From Wallemia ichthyophaga EXF-994 (lineage: Eukaryota > Fungi > Basidiomycota), in assembly GCF_000400465.1 (NCBI RefSeq), contig NW_008806278.1, forward strand, positions 1 through 32,000: a stretch of 32,000 bases of DNA, given 5' to 3'. How positions within the stretch are numbered: the stretch's first letter is position 1; the number at the start of each line of letters is the position of its first letter. Shown in pieces: positions 29,122 through 32,000 of this stretch. The translations under genes were made by a program, and so were the position numbers. The notes below the pieces were generated by a model. That model had not been told where the DNA came from and searched no databases. It saw nothing but the letters and a program-made list of their open reading frames with translations.

Positions 29122-30939
29122 CTAAGTAATAGAATACTTGGGACCACCACCTCCCTGTGGCGTCGTCCATGTGATGTCTTGCGTCGGTGTCTTGATCGAG
29201 CAAAGTTTACAGTGTATGCAGTTTTGCGAGTTGATGACGAATTTATGCCCCAGAGCATCCTCTTTCCCGCCATCCTCAGCTGTGTCTCTATACTCGTACA
29301 CCGCCGCTGGACACGCTCTGCCAAGCAATCCTCCATAAACACCCACATTCTGCGCTGTGTGGTACTTGGGTGATGACGTCAACTTCAGATGCGACGGCTC
29401 ATCCTCTTCGTGGTTCGTAGACGTGCGCGATACCGATGTGAGTATATCGAAACTAATTTTCCCGTCTGGATTTGGGTATTCGATCGGCTTGTAGTCGTGC
29501 TTTGGTCTTGTCTGGGCGTAATCAGGTCCCGGGTGATGGAATGTCCAAGGCGTCCGTCCCTTCAACAAGAGACTGTCGATGCCCGAGTATATCAATCCAC
29601 CGAGGTTTCCGAGCACCGAATGGAATGACGGTCTGATGTTTCTCACTTCATGTAACTCCTTCCATATCCAACTATTTTTTACCTTGTCCTCATACCCTGC
29701 CATATCAACAGAGGCAGGTTGGAATTCCACCTCTTGATCCTTCTCATTCGAGATACTCTCGTGCGCCGTTTCCGCGGCAAGCATACCACTCTTCATCGCG
29801 TTGTGCACACCTTTGATCTTGGGCACATTCACGAATCCAGCTGAGCATCCAATCAGCGCACCACCTGGGAAGTGGAGCTGGGGGATGGATTGCAAACCAC
29901 CCTCATTAAGTGAGCGACCTCCATAGGCTATACACTCACCACCGTCCAACAAATCCTTGAAAACAGGGTGGTGTTTCATCCTCTGGAACTCTCTAAATGG
30001 TGAGAGGTATGGATTGTGGTAATCGAGGCCAATCACGAGACCAATTGATACGAGATTGTCTTCCATATGGTAGCACCAGCTACCGGCGTAAGTTTCGTTG
30101 TCGATTGGCCATCCAACCGTGTGGGTGATGTTGCCTGCTTGGTGTTTCGATGGGTCCACACGCCATACCTCCTTAATACCAATACCGTAAGTTTGTTCAT
30201 CCTTACCTTCTCTCAGCTTAAAGTGGTTAATTACTTTCTGGGAGATAGAGCCATGCGCGCCTTCGGACAAGAGAGTAGCTTTGGCGTTGAAGACCATACC
30301 AGGCTCAAAGTGTTCAGTGGGTTCACCACCCTTCCCGACTCCGATCTCGTTAGTAACAACGCCGCCAACTTTTCCATCCACCCAGTTCAAACCAGCTGCC
30401 GCGAAGCCCGGGTAAATCTCAACGCCCAGCTCCTCGGCCTTCTCAGCGAGCCAGGCAGTTAATCTGGAGAGACTAATGATGTAGTTGCCGTGGTTAGACA
30501 TCTGCGGCGGGTGTGGTATAGGCAGAGCGTAGTTTTTAGTGAGAAATTTCATGCTGTCGTTTGTAGCAGGTTGGTTGAGTGGAGCGCCGAGTTGTTTCCA
30601 ATTTGGGAGTAGCTCGTCTAGCGCTTTTGGCTCGATAACGGCACCAGAGAGAATATGTGATCCAACTTCTGCACCTTTCTCCAAAATCACAACTCTGAGA
30701 TTCTCGTTGAGCTGCTTGAGCTTGATCGCAGCGCTGAGGCCAGCAGGACCAGCGCCGACGATGCATACATCGCACTCGTCCTGTGCCCTGTCTGCGTCCT
30801 TAACAAAGTTGAATGGCGACGTGCTGTGGCCATCGACGCCGCTCGAAGAGAGAGATGAAGGCGTGGTGGAGAATTTAGGCAATAGCCGCGGCGTATAGCA
30901 GCCAGATCTCCTGAGTCTGGTGAGCCCACGCAGAATCAT
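29122..30939 (-). CDS. ETFDH: Electron-transfer flavoprotein-ubiquinone oxidoreductase, mitochondrial, ~605 aa
   Basis: Intronless. FAD-binding IVGAGPAGLSAA, HILSGAV, NVPKIKG.HNAMKSG, and 4Fe-4S motif CPAAVY..NCIHCKLC. First in-frame ATG is 30939; the ORF track start is TTG. Confidence 0.96.
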   Translation of the reverse strand: MILRGLTRLRRSGCYTPRLLPKFSTTPSSLSSSGVDGHSTSPFNFVKDADRAQDECDVCIVGAGPAGLSAAIKLKQLNENLRVVILEKGAEVGSHILSGAVIEPKALDELLPNWKQLGAPLNQPATNDSMKFLTKNYALPIPHPPQMSNHGNYIISLSRLTAWLAEKAEELGVEIYPGFAAAGLNWVDGKVGGVVTNEIGVGKGGEPTEHFEPGMVFNAKATLLSEGAHGSISQKVINHFKLREGKDEQTYGIGIKEVWRVDPSKHQAGNITHTVGWPIDNETYAGSWCYHMEDNLVSIGLVIGLDYHNPYLSPFREFQRMKHHPVFKDLLDGGECIAYGGRSLNEGGLQSIPQLHFPGGALIGCSAGFVNVPKIKGVHNAMKSGMLAAETAHESISNEKDQEVEFQPASVDMAGYEDKVKNSWIWKELHEVRNIRPSFHSVLGNLGGLIYSGIDSLLLKGRTPWTFHHPGPDYAQTRPKHDYKPIEYPNPDGKISFDILTSVSRTSTNHEEDEPSHLKLTSSPKYHTAQNVGVYGGLLGRACPAAVYEYRDTAEDGGKEDALGHKFVINSQNCIHCKLCSIKTPTQDITWTTPQGGGGPKYSIT

Positions 30940-31048
30940 CGTCGTTTGAGATGAGATGTGTAGAGGTTGAGATCGAGTGCCCAATGAGAAAGCAGCCAAT
31001 CAGCTTCATTGTATTTCTAAAGAGTAAAAATGAATTTTCTACAATAAT

Positions 31049-31747
31049 TCAAGGCGCAGGGCTGCCGTCGAAACCAGGACCAGCTGCACCGGCGTTAGAG
31101 CGTGGGTAGGTGAGATAAGCGCTGCCCAATTTTGGTGGATCGCTGAGCTTTACGAATTCAGTCTTGACAGGAATCTTAGCCTGTGCTAGACGAAGGGCTG
31201 GAGGGTATTAGCAGGAGGTTTTATGTGCTAAGTGGTATATCAATACACACCCTCTTGAGCCACTTCAGAACGCATTCCACCGCCGCCAACTTCAAATATA
31301 ACTTTGCCTGGCTGGGCTCTACACGCCCAGTATTCAAATGTACCCTTGCCCTTACCCATTCTGGTCTCGTTGCCCTTTACGCAGACAGGAATATCGGGGA
31401 ATACTCGCATAAAGCACTGGCTGCCTTTGAGTGGCTTTATCTTGCGCTTGATAGACTCCTCGCAGCTCTGGAGCGTCTTGGCTGAGAGCCTGGTGCCTTG
31501 CTTGACCCTCAGGCCAAATTCACCGAATGCAAGGGTAGTACCAGCAGTGCTGCCACCAGTTGGACATCCCACTCTACCCTTGTGGCTTTTGCGGTACTAT
31601 TCGAGACGTGCGTTAGACTATGGCTTCTGTTGGAGTACAACGCACTTTTGTCCGCCTAGGCGCAAGCTGGCCTCTGAATCTCAGCTGCTGGGACGACTTG
31701 TTGAATGTAAGCGAGGATCTGAATGCGGATATAAGCTGGTTGAGCAT
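31049..31747 (-). CDS. MRPL16: Mitochondrial ribosomal protein uL16m, ~198 aa
   Basis: Exons 31747-31646, 31596-31251, 31197-31049 (49 and 53-nt introns) give [39 protein letters not shown] and [10 protein letters not shown]. Confidence 0.95.
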
Positions 31748-32000
31748 TGGTGGTGGGAGTGTGCAATGAAAGCTATCCAGTAGACCTAAACAGGAATCAA
31801 AGAATAAAAAGAAATACATATTGATAGGAACATAGAAACATAGAATAGATTTATGCTTTATACTGTACAACTTTACTTGGTCTTGGCCTTGGATAGGTGA
31901 TAATTTATGCTATTCGCCTTTTTAGGTGCAGAGCGGCCCTATAAGCAGCAGCATCAGTATGTTCAACGGCTCATTAGAATATACACACCTTGGTCGACAT

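Noticed and set aside
30875-31009. Out-of-frame upstream ATG (31009) overlapping the ETFDH start
   Set aside because: It lies only ~40 nt from the MRPL16 stop and is probably upstream of the ETFDH TSS; no evidence it is transcribed.
3311-31120. Recurring GATAAGC heptamer near several gene starts
   Set aside because: A handful of copies at inconsistent distances, mostly within coding sequence; not clearly above chance without a computed background.
31304-31783. 159-aa antisense ORF over MRPL16
   Set aside because: Shadow ORF crossing an intron of a conserved gene; no protein-like features.

Overview
Eukaryotic, very gene-dense fungal DNA with no prokaryotic features. Proteins look basidiomycete-like, introns are mostly 41-66 nt GT..AG and intergenic gaps are tiny, so a Wallemia-type compact genome is my inference, not proven. 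Manual splicing resolves 16 well-supported protein-coding genes, plus one small low-confidence gene with a putative spliced uORF. They are a secreted LysM protein, VPS52, a conserved hypothetical protein, SCH9 kinase, TFIIIC subunit TFC1, NADH diphosphatase NPY1, an F-box protein, two tandem GPI-anchored phospholipase B genes, a BCAS3-like propeller, pyruvate dehydrogenase kinase, a Zn2Cys6 factor, a PNRC/Edc1-type decapping activator, GPD1, a large membrane protein, ETF-ubiquinone oxidoreductase and MRPL16. The most striking pattern is three head-to-head gene pairs whose start codons are only 7, 24 and 46 nt apart, so promoters and 5' leaders must sit in the partner's coding sequence or leaders must be extremely short. 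Other highlights: patchwork gene conversion plus an intron difference and a motif deletion between the PLB paralogs, a degenerate zinc ribbon in NPY1, a possible ATGA stop/start-overlap bicistronic unit, and His-x-x periodic repeats inserted in several unrelated genes. No rRNA, tRNA, transposon or CRISPR array is supported. All exon calls are by eye, without RNA evidence.
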